A stretch of DNA of 64,000 nucleotides, taken from Minisyncoccota bacterium. Its GTDB lineage: Bacteria; Patescibacteriota; Minisyncoccia; UBA6257; JAGOQP01. The first letter of the stretch is position 1, and each line of letters starts with the position of its first letter. This document shows, in pieces, positions 36,779 through 47,532 of this stretch. Location of the stretch: NCBI GenBank assembly GCA_041661795.1, contig JBAZTS010000001.1, forward strand, positions 124,161 to 188,160. The letters are read 5' to 3'. The translations under genes were made by a program, and so were the position numbers. The notes under the pieces were generated by a model. That model had not been told where the DNA came from. It made no database searches and saw nothing but the letters and a program-made list of their open reading frames with translations.

Positions 36779-37987
36779 TTAAAAACTGCTTGTCAGCTGA
36801 TACACTGGAACAATAACTGCAAGAGCTATAGTTCCGACTACAATTCCTATAAGCATCAACATAATGGGTTCTATAAAAGCCACCAGAGATTTGACTCCGC
36901 CTTCTATTTCGTTAGAGTAGAAATCTCCCAATGTTAATAAAATGCTTTCTATGTGTCCGGATTTTTCCGAAACGGCTATTAAATTAGATACTACTTTGGG
37001 AAAAATCGGTTCTTTTTTAAATGCTTCTCCAACAGTCAACCCTTTTGATATTCCTTCCCTTGAAATTCTCATCATGGCATTTTTCAACTCAGGCAAAGCA
37101 ACCGATTCGGCTGTAATTTCTATAGCATCAAGTATAGGAAGACCAGAGGATAGTAAAGATGAAAGAGTTGTGGCAAATCTTTGTAAAGCAATTTGGTGAA
37201 TAACTTTTCTGATAACCGGAGTTTTTAGGGCAATATCAAACATAATTTTTCTTCCCGGTAAAGTTTTCAAGAAGAAGTATCCCCCGCCAATAAAAAATGC
37301 GGCTAATAACAACAAAAGCCAGACAAGATTATCTCCTACAAAAAGTCCCACAGTAAAAACAATTCTTGAAAATGTCGGCGGTTTCATGCCACCCGAGAGG
37401 AAAACATTGGCAATTTTAGGAAGAGAGAAACTAACCAAAAGCACAAGAATTAATATAGAAGTGAAGAAAAGAATAACAGGATAAGTCAAAGAGGCCTTTA
37501 TTTTTCCCGTTAACTCTTTCTCTTTTTCCAAAGAAACACTTAGTTGTTCAAAGACATTTTCTAAGTTACCGGAAACTTCTCCAGCTTTTATTAAATTAAC
37601 AAAAACTTGAGAAAAAGTTTTTGGGTATTTAGCAAAAGTAGTATAAAATGGCTGGCCTTTTTCAAGATTAGCCCTGACTTCCAACAGAAAAGATTTAACA
37701 GCCGGTTTGTCAAAATCTTCAACCAATATATCTATGGCCTTAAAAAGATCTGTACCAACTTTTAACATCAGAGAAAGATATTTGGTTAAAAAAACTTTAT
37801 CCTCTAGGGTGATTTTCTGGCCAGTTAGATATTTTAAATTAATACCTGATGTTTTTATCGGCTTTATAATAATTGGCCGAAGTCCCTGGGAAGCAATAAA
37901 AGCCAAAGCGTCGTTGGTTGTTTGACCTTCCGTTTCCCCCTCTACCATTCTATTGTCGGGCCTAATGGCCTTGTAGTAAAACCTCAT
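36779..37987 (-). CDS. pilC: type IV pilus inner-membrane platform protein PilC (GspF family)
   Basis: Two GspF repeats with three TM segments. 402 aa. Adjacent to the pilB ATPase. Confidence 0.85.
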   Translation of the reverse strand: MRFYYKAIRPDNRMVEGETEGQTTNDALAFIASQGLRPIIIKPIKTSGINLKYLTGQKITLEDKVFLTKYLSLMLKVGTDLFKAIDILVEDFDKPAVKSFLLEVRANLEKGQPFYTTFAKYPKTFSQVFVNLIKAGEVSGNLENVFEQLSVSLEKEKELTGKIKASLTYPVILFFTSILILVLLVSFSLPKIANVFLSGGMKPPTFSRIVFTVGLFVGDNLVWLLLLLAAFFIGGGYFFLKTLPGRKIMFDIALKTPVIRKVIHQIALQRFATTLSSLLSSGLPILDAIEITAESVALPELKNAMMRISREGISKGLTVGEAFKKEPIFPKVVSNLIAVSEKSGHIESILLTLGDFYSNEIEGGVKSLVAFIEPIMLMLIGIVVGTIALAVIVPVYQLTSSF

Positions 37988-37991
37988 GATG

Positions 37992-39704
37992 TTATTCCCT
38001 AATAACTCTCAGTACTTCCTCTATGCTCGTCATTCCTAAAGACGACTTTTTTAACCCATCTTCAAACATTGTTATCATTCCATTTTTTCTGGCAGTCATT
38101 AAAAGCAAATCTAAAGAAAAATTTGGATCAATTATTATTTTTCTTATATCTTCGTCAACTTCAAATGCTTCGTAAATTCCCATTCTACCTTTATACCCGG
38201 TTCCTCCGCAGGCCTTGCAACCCTTTCCTCTATAAAAAGTTTTGGGCATCTGAACATCAGGAAGATTTAAATCTTTTATCTGTATTTTTAATGAAGAAAC
38301 AAAGTTTTCCTCCGGAACAAAAGATTCAATACAGTCCACACATATTTTTCTTAACAATCTTTGGGCAACAACTAAATTTAAAACGGCAGCTGCCAAAAAG
38401 GGAGGGACTTTCATATCAATAAGACGAGGAACGGCTGTTGGGGCATCGTTAGTGTGGAGTGAGGACAAAAGTAAGTGACCGGTCAAGGCGGCATTAATAC
38501 CTATTTGGGCGGTTTCTTCATCTCTAATTTCACCAACCATTATAATGTTTGGATCTTGTCTTAAAATTGACCTTAAGCCAGAAGCAAAAGTTATCCCCGC
38601 AAGCGGATTTATTTGTATTTGATTTATATACCTGATGTTGTATTCAATAGGATCTTCAATGGTAACAATGTTAACTTGTGACCTGTTGAGCATATTTAAA
38701 ATTGAGTAAAGAGTCGTGGTTTTACCAGAACCGGTAGGACCGGTAACTAAAATCATCCCATATGTCTTTTTTATATTTTTTTCCACAATTTTAGCGGTTT
38801 CCTCCAACATTCCAAGCTCAGTTAAAGAAAGAGGTCTTTGAGTTCCGGGTAAAAGACGCATAACAATTTTTTCCCCATATAATGTAGGAATAACCGAAAT
38901 ACGAACATCTATCACAACAGAACCCGATTTATATCTGAAACGTCCATCTTGAGGTTTTTGATGCTCGTCAACTTTAAGAGCGCCAAGAAGCTTAATTCTT
39001 GCAATAATCGCCGAATGGACTTCTTTGGGGATTTCTAAAATTTCATAGAGTATCCCGTCAACTCTAAATCTTACCAAAATTTGGTCCTCTAAAACCTCTA
39101 AATGAACATCGGAGGAATTTAGAGAAGTAGCATATGAGAGCATATTGTTAACTATGTCAACTATGGGAATTTGAGTAGCCGCCTCTTCTTCTTTTGCGGA
39201 AGATATCTTTCTTTCCAGAGATGTTTTTATATTATCCTCTATGATTTTTTTAAAATCCTCAGTCAGTTGAGAGCCATAATAGGAAAATCCTTTAGCCAAA
39301 TCTTCTGGAGAAGCCAAGAAAGGCCTTATTTTAGCCGATATTTTCTTTTCCAAAAACTCAATTGTGGGAAGATCGGTTGGATCTTCCATGGCTACGTTTA
39401 TAGTTCCATCGGCATCTTTTAAAAAAGCAATAACGTTTCTTTCTCGGGCAAATTTTTCATCTACTTTTTCCAATACCGACTTATCTATAGTTCTTAAACC
39501 AAGATTAGCTCTCTCCACCCCAAAATAAGAGGATAGAAAATTGTAAAGATAATCCCTGCTAACAAAACCCTTAGAGATAAGCACATCTCCTATGTTCTGA
39601 TTCATTCTTGACGATTCATCAACAGCTTTATCAAATTGGTCTTCGCTTATAAGACCCTGATCAATGAGTATCTCTTTTATTTTTTGAGATGGGATTCTTA
39701 ACAT
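37992..39704 (-). CDS. pilB: type IV pilus assembly ATPase PilB (GspE family)
   Basis: N-terminal GSPII_E_N domain. Walker A GPTGSGKTT. Asp box, Walker B, and the His box HTNDAPTAVPRLIDM. Confidence 0.9.
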   Translation of the reverse strand: MLRIPSQKIKEILIDQGLISEDQFDKAVDESSRMNQNIGDVLISKGFVSRDYLYNFLSSYFGVERANLGLRTIDKSVLEKVDEKFARERNVIAFLKDADGTINVAMEDPTDLPTIEFLEKKISAKIRPFLASPEDLAKGFSYYGSQLTEDFKKIIEDNIKTSLERKISSAKEEEAATQIPIVDIVNNMLSYATSLNSSDVHLEVLEDQILVRFRVDGILYEILEIPKEVHSAIIARIKLLGALKVDEHQKPQDGRFRYKSGSVVIDVRISVIPTLYGEKIVMRLLPGTQRPLSLTELGMLEETAKIVEKNIKKTYGMILVTGPTGSGKTTTLYSILNMLNRSQVNIVTIEDPIEYNIRYINQIQINPLAGITFASGLRSILRQDPNIIMVGEIRDEETAQIGINAALTGHLLLSSLHTNDAPTAVPRLIDMKVPPFLAAAVLNLVVAQRLLRKICVDCIESFVPEENFVSSLKIQIKDLNLPDVQMPKTFYRGKGCKACGGTGYKGRMGIYEAFEVDEDIRKIIIDPNFSLDLLLMTARKNGMITMFEDGLKKSSLGMTSIEEVLRVIRE

Positions 39705-39743
39705 TTGTTTTTATTTTAACACAAAAAAGAAACTAAATAAAAT

Positions 39744-39775
39744 AAAAACACCCCACGTTACGAGGGGTGTTTTTT
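39744..39775 (-). terminator. intrinsic terminator after the major pilin gene (ACACCCCTCGTAACGTGGGGTGT + T-run)
   Basis: An 8-bp GC-rich stem followed on the minus strand by TTTTTATTTT. Confidence 0.6.
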
Positions 39776-39785
39776 ATTATTACAA

Positions 39786-40319
39786 TTACAAATTTAATCC
39801 CGGGTCAGTGCCGACTTCATAGATAGTCGTTGAATCTCCACCGTCGTTAAGTTCTTTGTTTGTAGTATATTTGCTACTTTCCAATTCAGTATTCACCTCA
39901 AATGTCTTATTTGTATTATCTCCTTTGTAGACATAGTGAAGCGTAGCACTAGTAACCGGATCTCTTGGTAAAGCAGAGATAGGAGAGCTTGGGTTGGCCA
40001 TGGTTGAAAAATCAACAGCAAACCATCCCGTGCCGTCAATAGCATAGATAAGTCTTTCTGTGGATGCTCCCAAAGAATACCCGGTAGTACCGCTTGATGA
40101 AAATGGACCGGCGGTAAACACAGGAGTAGTTGTAGCCACCAAATACAAAGAGACGGCATTTTTCATAGCATCAAAATCAGCCAATCTTTGCGTGTCTCTG
40201 GCTTGAGCTAAAAGTTCTGCTGGGTTTAAGACGACAACAACAGCCGCGGTTAAAACCGCTAATATTCCGATAACAACCAACAATTCAACTAAAGTAAATC
40301 CTTTTTTTGATTTTTGCAT
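39786..40319 (-). CDS. pilA: type IV major pilin (PilA-like)
   Basis: MQKSKKG|FTLVELLVVIGILAVLTAAVVVV is a class III prepilin leader plus hydrophobic alpha-1 helix. 177 aa. It has its own promoter and terminator. Confidence 0.7.
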   Translation of the reverse strand: MQKSKKGFTLVELLVVIGILAVLTAAVVVVLNPAELLAQARDTQRLADFDAMKNAVSLYLVATTTPVFTAGPFSSSGTTGYSLGASTERLIYAIDGTGWFAVDFSTMANPSSPISALPRDPVTSATLHYVYKGDNTNKTFEVNTELESSKYTTNKELNDGGDSTTIYEVGTDPGLNL

Positions 40320-40387
40320 ATTTTATTAATTATTAGTTTAAATGTGAATAAACATAACCGACCTTATTATTTGTTTTTTCAATGATT

Positions 40388-40425
40388 TTATTATATCACC
40401 ACCACAAAAAAAAGAAATGGCTCTG
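40388..40425 (-). promoter_or_regulatory. putative extended -10 promoter (TGATATAAT) for pilA
   Basis: Minus-strand TGGTGATATAAT at 40390..40398, about 70 nt upstream of the pilA start. A possible -35 lies ~20 nt further upstream. Confidence 0.4.
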
Positions 40426-40443
40426 TGGATAACTGTCAAAATT

Positions 40444-40812
40444 TTACTTATTCAAAAAACCTAAGATATTACCAACTAAATCTTCTATGGACGTCTTAGC
40501 TTTTATAAAGTATTCAACCGCTCCCAGTTCTTGACCCTTTTGAATGTCTTCTGGTTGTCCCAAGTTTGAAATTATAATAATCGGAGCGTTTTGAAGTTGC
40601 GGGTCTTGGCGCATACCTTCCATAACTTCAAACCCTGACTTTTTGGGTAAAATTAAATCAAGCAAAATAAGATCGGGTTTGTTATCTTTAAGTGAAAGCA
40701 ACGCCTCTTCTCCGTCTTTAGCGTGTATAACTTCAACCCCCTCTTTTGTGAGGCGGTTTTTTAAAAGAGAGGACAAAAACGGGTCATCCTCAACAAGAAG
40801 TATTTTTTTCAT
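40444..40812 (-). CDS. single-domain response regulator (CheY-like receiver; PilH-like)
   Basis: MKKILLVEDDP...DLILLDLILP...K motif set: phospho-acceptor Asp in LLDL and a conserved Lys. The start is taken as the internal MKKILLVEDD. Confidence 0.8.
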   Translation of the reverse strand: MKKILLVEDDPFLSSLLKNRLTKEGVEVIHAKDGEEALLSLKDNKPDLILLDLILPKKSGFEVMEGMRQDPQLQNAPIIIISNLGQPEDIQKGQELGAVEYFIKAKTSIEDLVGNILGFLNK

Positions 40813-40984
40813 AACATTATCGCTCATAGTTCATTTATTATACAAAAATCCACAATAAAAACAACTGGCTGGTTGTTAGTTAAGAGTTGATAATTATTTT
40901 GAAAACTTTTTTAGTTGCCCCAGCCGAAACTTTAGGATCCTCGGCCAACTCCATTCCGCCAAAGGCGGATCGATCAATAATCTT

Positions 40985-42530
<1,546 letters not shown>

Positions 42531-42689
42531 ACAAACTAAATTTACTTATACACGGACAGACACCGAAAATAAATTCCGTGAAAGTCCGTGTTAAACATAA
42601 AATAGTTTGTGAAAGGGACAACTAAAAAAACTTTCAAAATCCCGTATCTGCAATACGGGCTATTAAATTATCAAGGTTCTTCTTGTGGT

Positions 42690-42726
42690 AAGGATAAGTA
42701 TACAAAATCAGTTTAAAGTGTCAAGT
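42690..42726 (-). promoter_or_regulatory. rRNA promoter: -35 TTGACA / 16-nt spacer / -10 TATACT
   Basis: Minus strand reads CCACTTGACACTTTAAACTGATTTTGTATACTTATCC, about 165 nt upstream of the mature 16S 5' end. The leader contains a CCCGTATCTGCAATACGGG hairpin. Confidence 0.5.
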
Positions 42727-42802
42727 GGAAAGTAGAGAGTTAAAGGCGTGTAGAGAATTGACTTTTCCCTTAAAAAAAGTATTATTTATCAGTATTACAA
42801 AT

Positions 42803-43078
42803 ATGAAAAAAGATACTCATCCAGAATATTTCCCCGATGCCAAAGTAACTTGCGCCTGTGGGAACGCGTTTACTGTCGGTTCAACCAAAAAGGAATTACA
42901 GGTTGAAATTTGCTATGCTTGTCATCCTTTCTATACCGGTAAAGAAAAACTTATAGATACTGCCGGACGCGTTGAAAAATTCAAAGCCAGAAGAGAAAAA
43001 GCATCTAAGGTTTCTGTTAGAAAGAAATCAGAAAAAAGAGCAGTTAAGAAAGTCAAAAAAGCTTCCAAAACTAAGTAG
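42803..43078 (+). CDS. rpmE: 50S ribosomal protein L31
   Basis: [29 protein letters not shown]... is typical L31 with the CxC Zn motif. The track ORF starts 26 codons early. Confidence 0.85.
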   Translation: MKKDTHPEYFPDAKVTCACGNAFTVGSTKKELQVEICYACHPFYTGKEKLIDTAGRVEKFKARREKASKVSVRKKSEKRAVKKVKKASKTK

Positions 43079-43162
43079 CTAGTTTAGGGTTTAGGGAGAG
43101 AAGGTATTAGGGTATAGTTTTTTCTAGAACCCCATATCCTATCCCCTACACCCTTTTTAATT

Positions 43163-43897
43163 ATGGAAAACGTAAATAAACTAATAATTGAAGTTAGGGC
43201 TGGAACAGGAGGTGATGAGGCCTCTATTTTTGCCGGAGAATTAGTTAATATGTACCAAAAATATTCTCAAAAAAAGGGATGGAGATTTTCTATTATGGAT
43301 TCCAATACTACATCACTTGGCGGATATAAAACTTTTGTGGGGAAAATAGAAGGACAGGGCGTCTATGAAGATTTCAAACAAGAATCGGGAGTTCACAGAA
43401 TTCAAAGAGTTCCCAACACGGAAAAATCGGGAAGAGTTCATACATCAACCGCTTCAGTAGCCATATTGCCTTTATTAGAAGAAAAAGAATTGGTTATCAA
43501 TCCAGGTGATTTGGAAATATCTTTTTTTAGGTCTTCTGGGCCCGGAGGACAAAATGTCAATAAAGTTGAGACAGCTGTTAGAATTTTACACAAACCCACA
43601 GGCGTAGTTATTGCCTCTCAAACGGAAAGATCTCAAAATTCAAATAAAGAAAATGCCATGGGAATTTTAAGAGCTAAACTTTTTGAAGCTATGCGAGAAC
43701 AAAAAGCCGCCTCTTTGGGAGCAATAAGAAAAGAACAAATCGGCTCAATGGAACGCTCTGAAAAAATAAGAACCTATAACTTTCCCGACGACAGAATTAC
43801 CGATCATCGTATCGGAAAGAAATTTCATAATATAGAAAAAATACTTGAGGGTGATTTAGATCCGATAATTAAAGCTTTTAGAAAATCAGCCGTTTAA
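43163..43897 (+). CDS. prfA: peptide chain release factor 1-like (lacks the N-terminal domain 1; PNT in place of PAT/PVT)
   Basis: GGQ motif ([11 protein letters not shown]). RF-1-type codon-recognition region [28 protein letters not shown]. Only 244 aa. Upstream intergenic is only 84 nt. Confidence 0.7.
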   Translation: MENVNKLIIEVRAGTGGDEASIFAGELVNMYQKYSQKKGWRFSIMDSNTTSLGGYKTFVGKIEGQGVYEDFKQESGVHRIQRVPNTEKSGRVHTSTASVAILPLLEEKELVINPGDLEISFFRSSGPGGQNVNKVETAVRILHKPTGVVIASQTERSQNSNKENAMGILRAKLFEAMREQKAASLGAIRKEQIGSMERSEKIRTYNFPDDRITDHRIGKKFHNIEKILEGDLDPIIKAFRKSAV

Positions 43898-45352
43898 AAC
43901 ATCTATATCTTCCTGAAAACTCTGAGCTCTTGAGACAACTCTTTCTCCATATGTAGAAATATAGTATTTCCATCTTCCGCCGGCATAGTATTTGGCCGCA
44001 GCCACTTTTTCATCATACAAACTTCCACCGGCAGCTCCAGCACTTTTCAGATAAAGAGCCGTAGCCATAAAAGCATCCATATTGTTCCAAGGAGAAGATG
44101 GATTATTTCCCGTCAGGGCAGATACTTGCTCTTTATATCCATTCCAGGTAGAAGGAATAAATTGAGCCGGTCCCATAGCTCCTCCATAAGCTCCATCAGA
44201 AGGAATGGGGCAAGAAACAAAAATGCTGTCCGGATTTATTCCAAGTTCACTGGTAATTTCCAAAAATATTGGAATATCTCTTGTGGGATGCATAGTGGTC
44301 GGATTACTGGCTCTATCCGGATAATAAGGATTAACATTGTATTTACATTTTCCAACATTCCTTCCTAAAGCCGATTCTCTGTCTAACACAGCTAGTATTA
44401 AAGCGGCCCTTACACCGGTTGCGTCTTGAGCTAATTTGGCAAATTTATAGGCCTCGCCAAAAGACAACTCTCCTCCTCCAAAAAATTCAAAGATTCTACT
44501 TCTTATTTGAGCGGCAGTTTTTTGTGTTTCTTTTAGAAGATCCTGATATTTTGATTCTTGGCCTTTGGTGACTTTTAATAACTCTTTTTTGGAGTCCTCC
44601 GTTTTTTTAACCAAACTTCTTTGTGATTCTTGGTATGCCTTAAGTTGCGATATATCTTCATATTCCAAAGCTAATGCTTCTTTTTGATCAATTAATTGGT
44701 TTTTTAATCTGACTATTTCTTCCAAAGCAATTCTAAGATTATCTTGAACAGCCATAAGATTATTTATATCCAAAAAAAAGTCAGAGAGTTTTGGATTGGC
44801 CAAAACCATTTCAATTACGCTCGTGGTTTCGCTCTCATAAATATTTTGAAGTATAGAAGAGAGAGATTTTTTATTTATGGTTATATCGCTTTCCGTTTCG
44901 GTTATTTTGCTTTTGGTACTGTCAATTTCTGAATCTAGACGATCCAGATTAAGATTTATTGCTTTTATCTGAAGATTAAGTTTGGCTATCTTGGCATTTA
45001 TGGTCTTTATCTCCGATTCCAAGCTTTTGCCCTGTTTTTTATACTGTTCTACCGTGTTCTCATAATCACTAATTTGTTTTTCTAAGTCCTTTAACTGAGC
45101 TTCCAATTGAGCTCTTTCTTCTTCTCTGGTTGAAGCAGCAAAAAGATAGCCATTGTTTATAGGGGCATAAGCCGAACCTAAAATAAAAGAGAATATGGCA
45201 AAAGATATAATCACAAAAACAGATATCTTCTTCAAAGGAACAATGATTGTTTTGGTTCCCAAAGAAGAAAGGTTAATCCTGTTGAAATTAGACCTTCCTT
45301 TGCTGATATCTTCCGATTTTTTGATTATATCCTGAATGCGTTTATACATCAT
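43886..45352 (-). CDS. membrane-anchored coiled-coil protein with C-terminal lytic-transglycosylase/peptidoglycan-hydrolase-like domain (PcsB/CwlO-like architecture)
   Basis: N-terminal TM helix. ~250 aa of coiled coil. C-terminal motif [13 protein letters not shown] resembling the SLT-domain (MQFMPxTW) active-site region. Confidence 0.55.
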   Translation of the reverse strand: MMYKRIQDIIKKSEDISKGRSNFNRINLSSLGTKTIIVPLKKISVFVIISFAIFSFILGSAYAPINNGYLFAASTREEERAQLEAQLKDLEKQISDYENTVEQYKKQGKSLESEIKTINAKIAKLNLQIKAINLNLDRLDSEIDSTKSKITETESDITINKKSLSSILQNIYESETTSVIEMVLANPKLSDFFLDINNLMAVQDNLRIALEEIVRLKNQLIDQKEALALEYEDISQLKAYQESQRSLVKKTEDSKKELLKVTKGQESKYQDLLKETQKTAAQIRSRIFEFFGGGELSFGEAYKFAKLAQDATGVRAALILAVLDRESALGRNVGKCKYNVNPYYPDRASNPTTMHPTRDIPIFLEITSELGINPDSIFVSCPIPSDGAYGGAMGPAQFIPSTWNGYKEQVSALTGNNPSSPWNNMDAFMATALYLKSAGAAGGSLYDEKVAAAKYYAGGRWKYYISTYGERVVSRAQSFQEDIDVLNG

Positions 45353-45395
45353 AAAATCAGGGCTGTCCCTTTATATATTATAACGAATAAATAGC

Positions 45396-45424
45396 AAAAT
45401 AAAACCCCTTTATAGAGGGGGTTT
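45396..45424 (-). terminator. intrinsic terminator after rplY (CCCCT-loop-AGGGG, T-rich flanks)
   Basis: AAAACCCCTTTATAGAGGGGGTTTTATTTTG seen in sequence. Usable on both strands. Confidence 0.45.
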
Positions 45425-46083
45425 TATTTTGCTTGTTCTGGAGTGGTAGCAGGGGCTTCTTGTCCTCCCTCTTGAGGTTGACCTTCTATTGGCTCAGCAC
45501 CTTCTACAACAGGAGGAGCTTCAACAACCTCTTCTTTCATCTGTTCAGCTATGGTGACAATAACACTTTCCAACTCATCAAGAATTTCTATTTTATCGGA
45601 TATTTTAATATCTTTGATATGTAAGCTTTGATGCAGATCAATAAGAGAAGATAAATCAATTTCTATAAATTGTGGCAAATCAGATGGCAGGGCTTCTACT
45701 TCTATCTTTTCAAGAGCCTTAACTAGGGTGCCTCCTTTTTCTTTAACAGCCGGAGCTTCTCCAATGAATTTTATAGGGATGTCGGCGGTTATCTTTTTAT
45801 CCATATTAACTTTATAAAAATCAATACTGATAAAACTATCGTTAAGCGGATTTCTTTGAACATTATAAATAAGAACCGGAACGGTTTTTCCTTCTATAAC
45901 AACGTTAACAATGCTGTTTTCTCCAGCTTCTTTAAATACCTTAGAAAATTCTTTTACGGGAACAGACAGGTGAATATTCTCAAATCCCTGTCCGTAAATT
46001 TCTGCCGGAACAAGCCCTTGGTCTAAAAGGGTTTCTAATCTTTTTCCTAATATTTCTCTTTTTTGAGCTATTATTTCTAACAT
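45424..46083 (-). CDS. rplY: 50S ribosomal protein L25 / general stress protein Ctc form
   Basis: N-terminal L25 beta-barrel region (LEIIAQKREILGK...). Acidic C-terminal extension typical of Ctc. Confidence 0.75.
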   Translation of the reverse strand: MLEIIAQKREILGKRLETLLDQGLVPAEIYGQGFENIHLSVPVKEFSKVFKEAGENSIVNVVIEGKTVPVLIYNVQRNPLNDSFISIDFYKVNMDKKITADIPIKFIGEAPAVKEKGGTLVKALEKIEVEALPSDLPQFIEIDLSSLIDLHQSLHIKDIKISDKIEILDELESVIVTIAEQMKEEVVEAPPVVEGAEPIEGQPQEGGQEAPATTPEQAK

Positions 46084-46180
46084 ATGAAATCGTTAACCGT
46101 ATACAGTATACAGGTATATAAGATAAACGAAAAAACAAGATAAATCAAGCTATTTATGCATCCGTTATTTTTTATAATTT

Positions 46181-47503
46181 TTAGTATAAAGAATATTTAC
46201 CGTCTAAATATTTTTCTACACTTTCGCGTTCATTGTCAGAAAGAGCTCTGTTATATACTATAATTTCGGCCATTTGTGAATTAGCACTGAGTGTTCCACC
46301 AATTGTATAAATTTCGTCGGTAAGATTAGGAACGGCGTTACAAGAATCACAGGTATAGAAAGACCCAATTGTTCCGTTATATCTCAATATTGGGTCCCTA
46401 TATCTATCTCCACTATTATTTGTCACAGAAAAAATACCGAAATTACTATAATCAAACCCCGTATTTCTCATGACTGAATATCCATCGGTATAACCGATAA
46501 CTCCATCAAAAGGGCCATTCCTATAATAAAGAATCCTTGTTGTTCCTCCTGCTCCAGAAGAAGATCCAAAGGAAAAGAATTTTACCCCATCTTCATACCA
46601 AGTCAAACTTTTTCCAACAAAGAACACTGAAGAAGCTCCAGAGCCACTTACTCCCAAAGCTCCTCCAGCCAAAGAATCATTTGCTCCGTCAAATTGGACT
46701 ACCGACTTTCCATTAACCTGGTTGGTTTTAAAAAGCGGTTTATAACTTACATTACTTTGTATGGCATCATTATTGTTTCCAGATAGATCATCCCAAGTTG
46801 AAATTGGATCATTATTAGAAAGATTTAGGGAGTCGGCTTTAAGCCATAATTTTGGGTCATTAGGTGACAAAAAAAGATTCATGCCAGCTTCAAATCTGAC
46901 GGGATCTCCACCTCCGTCACCAGAAGCAACTTCTTTTATCTTTTTTTCTGATTCCAAAAGAGCGGTCAAAATATATCCACCATTACTATCCACAGCATAA
47001 GCATAAAAATTAGATGTGGATACGGCATTGGTTTCATCTATAGGAAGATCAGATATAAAAGGTCCAACCGATGTTATTCTGGTAAAATCAATTGGAATCC
47101 AACCCGTTCCATCAACATTTTTAAAGGTTGAAGTAGGGGCACATTTGTAAGACCACCCAGAAATTGCGGGAAGTCCTAAGTTTGCGCATGTTGTAGAAGA
47201 ATCGGGAATGGAAATATATAAAGTATTAACGCTACCCAAAGACAAATTACCCAGTCCCGAGTATTTATATTTTTCAACGGCAATTTTAAGGTTGTTTAAA
47301 TCCGATATTCTTCTGGCATCCTTGCTTTCTTGTATAAAAGAAACTGGATTTAAAATAATAACTGTGGCCGCCGAAAGAACGATTATAATACCAACTGTTG
47401 TTAAAAGCTCACCCATAGTGAAGGAACGGGTATCGTATACCGTATACCGTATACCGGGATAGAGCAAATGCTTCTTAAGTTTAGATTTTATAAATTCAAT
47501 CAT
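46181..47503 (-). CDS. prepilin-type N-terminal domain protein with C-terminal LamG domain (mosaic paralog A)
   Basis: Leader MIEFIKSKLKKHLLYPGIRYTVYDTRS, then FTMGELLTTVGIIIVLSAATVII. LamG C-terminus (AEIIVYNRALSDNERESVEKYL). The leader contains a GTATACC x3 heptamer array. Confidence 0.65.
   Translation of the reverse strand: MIEFIKSKLKKHLLYPGIRYTVYDTRSFTMGELLTTVGIIIVLSAATVIILNPVSFIQESKDARRISDLNNLKIAVEKYKYSGLGNLSLGSVNTLYISIPDSSTTCANLGLPAISGWSYKCAPTSTFKNVDGTGWIPIDFTRITSVGPFISDLPIDETNAVSTSNFYAYAVDSNGGYILTALLESEKKIKEVASGDGGGDPVRFEAGMNLFLSPNDPKLWLKADSLNLSNNDPISTWDDLSGNNNDAIQSNVSYKPLFKTNQVNGKSVVQFDGANDSLAGGALGVSGSGASSVFFVGKSLTWYEDGVKFFSFGSSSGAGGTTRILYYRNGPFDGVIGYTDGYSVMRNTGFDYSNFGIFSVTNNSGDRYRDPILRYNGTIGSFYTCDSCNAVPNLTDEIYTIGGTLSANSQMAEIIVYNRALSDNERESVEKYLDGKYSLY
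47430..47456. repeat. tandem heptamer array (GTATACC)x3, 21 nt, in-frame inside the 5' coding region of the pilin-LamG gene
   Basis: GTATC-GTATACC-GTATACC-GTATACC seen directly. It encodes ...PGIRYTVYDTRS... in the leader peptide. Confidence 0.75.
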
Positions 47504-47532
47504 TTCTTCTGTATTCGGTATACGACGCCCAG

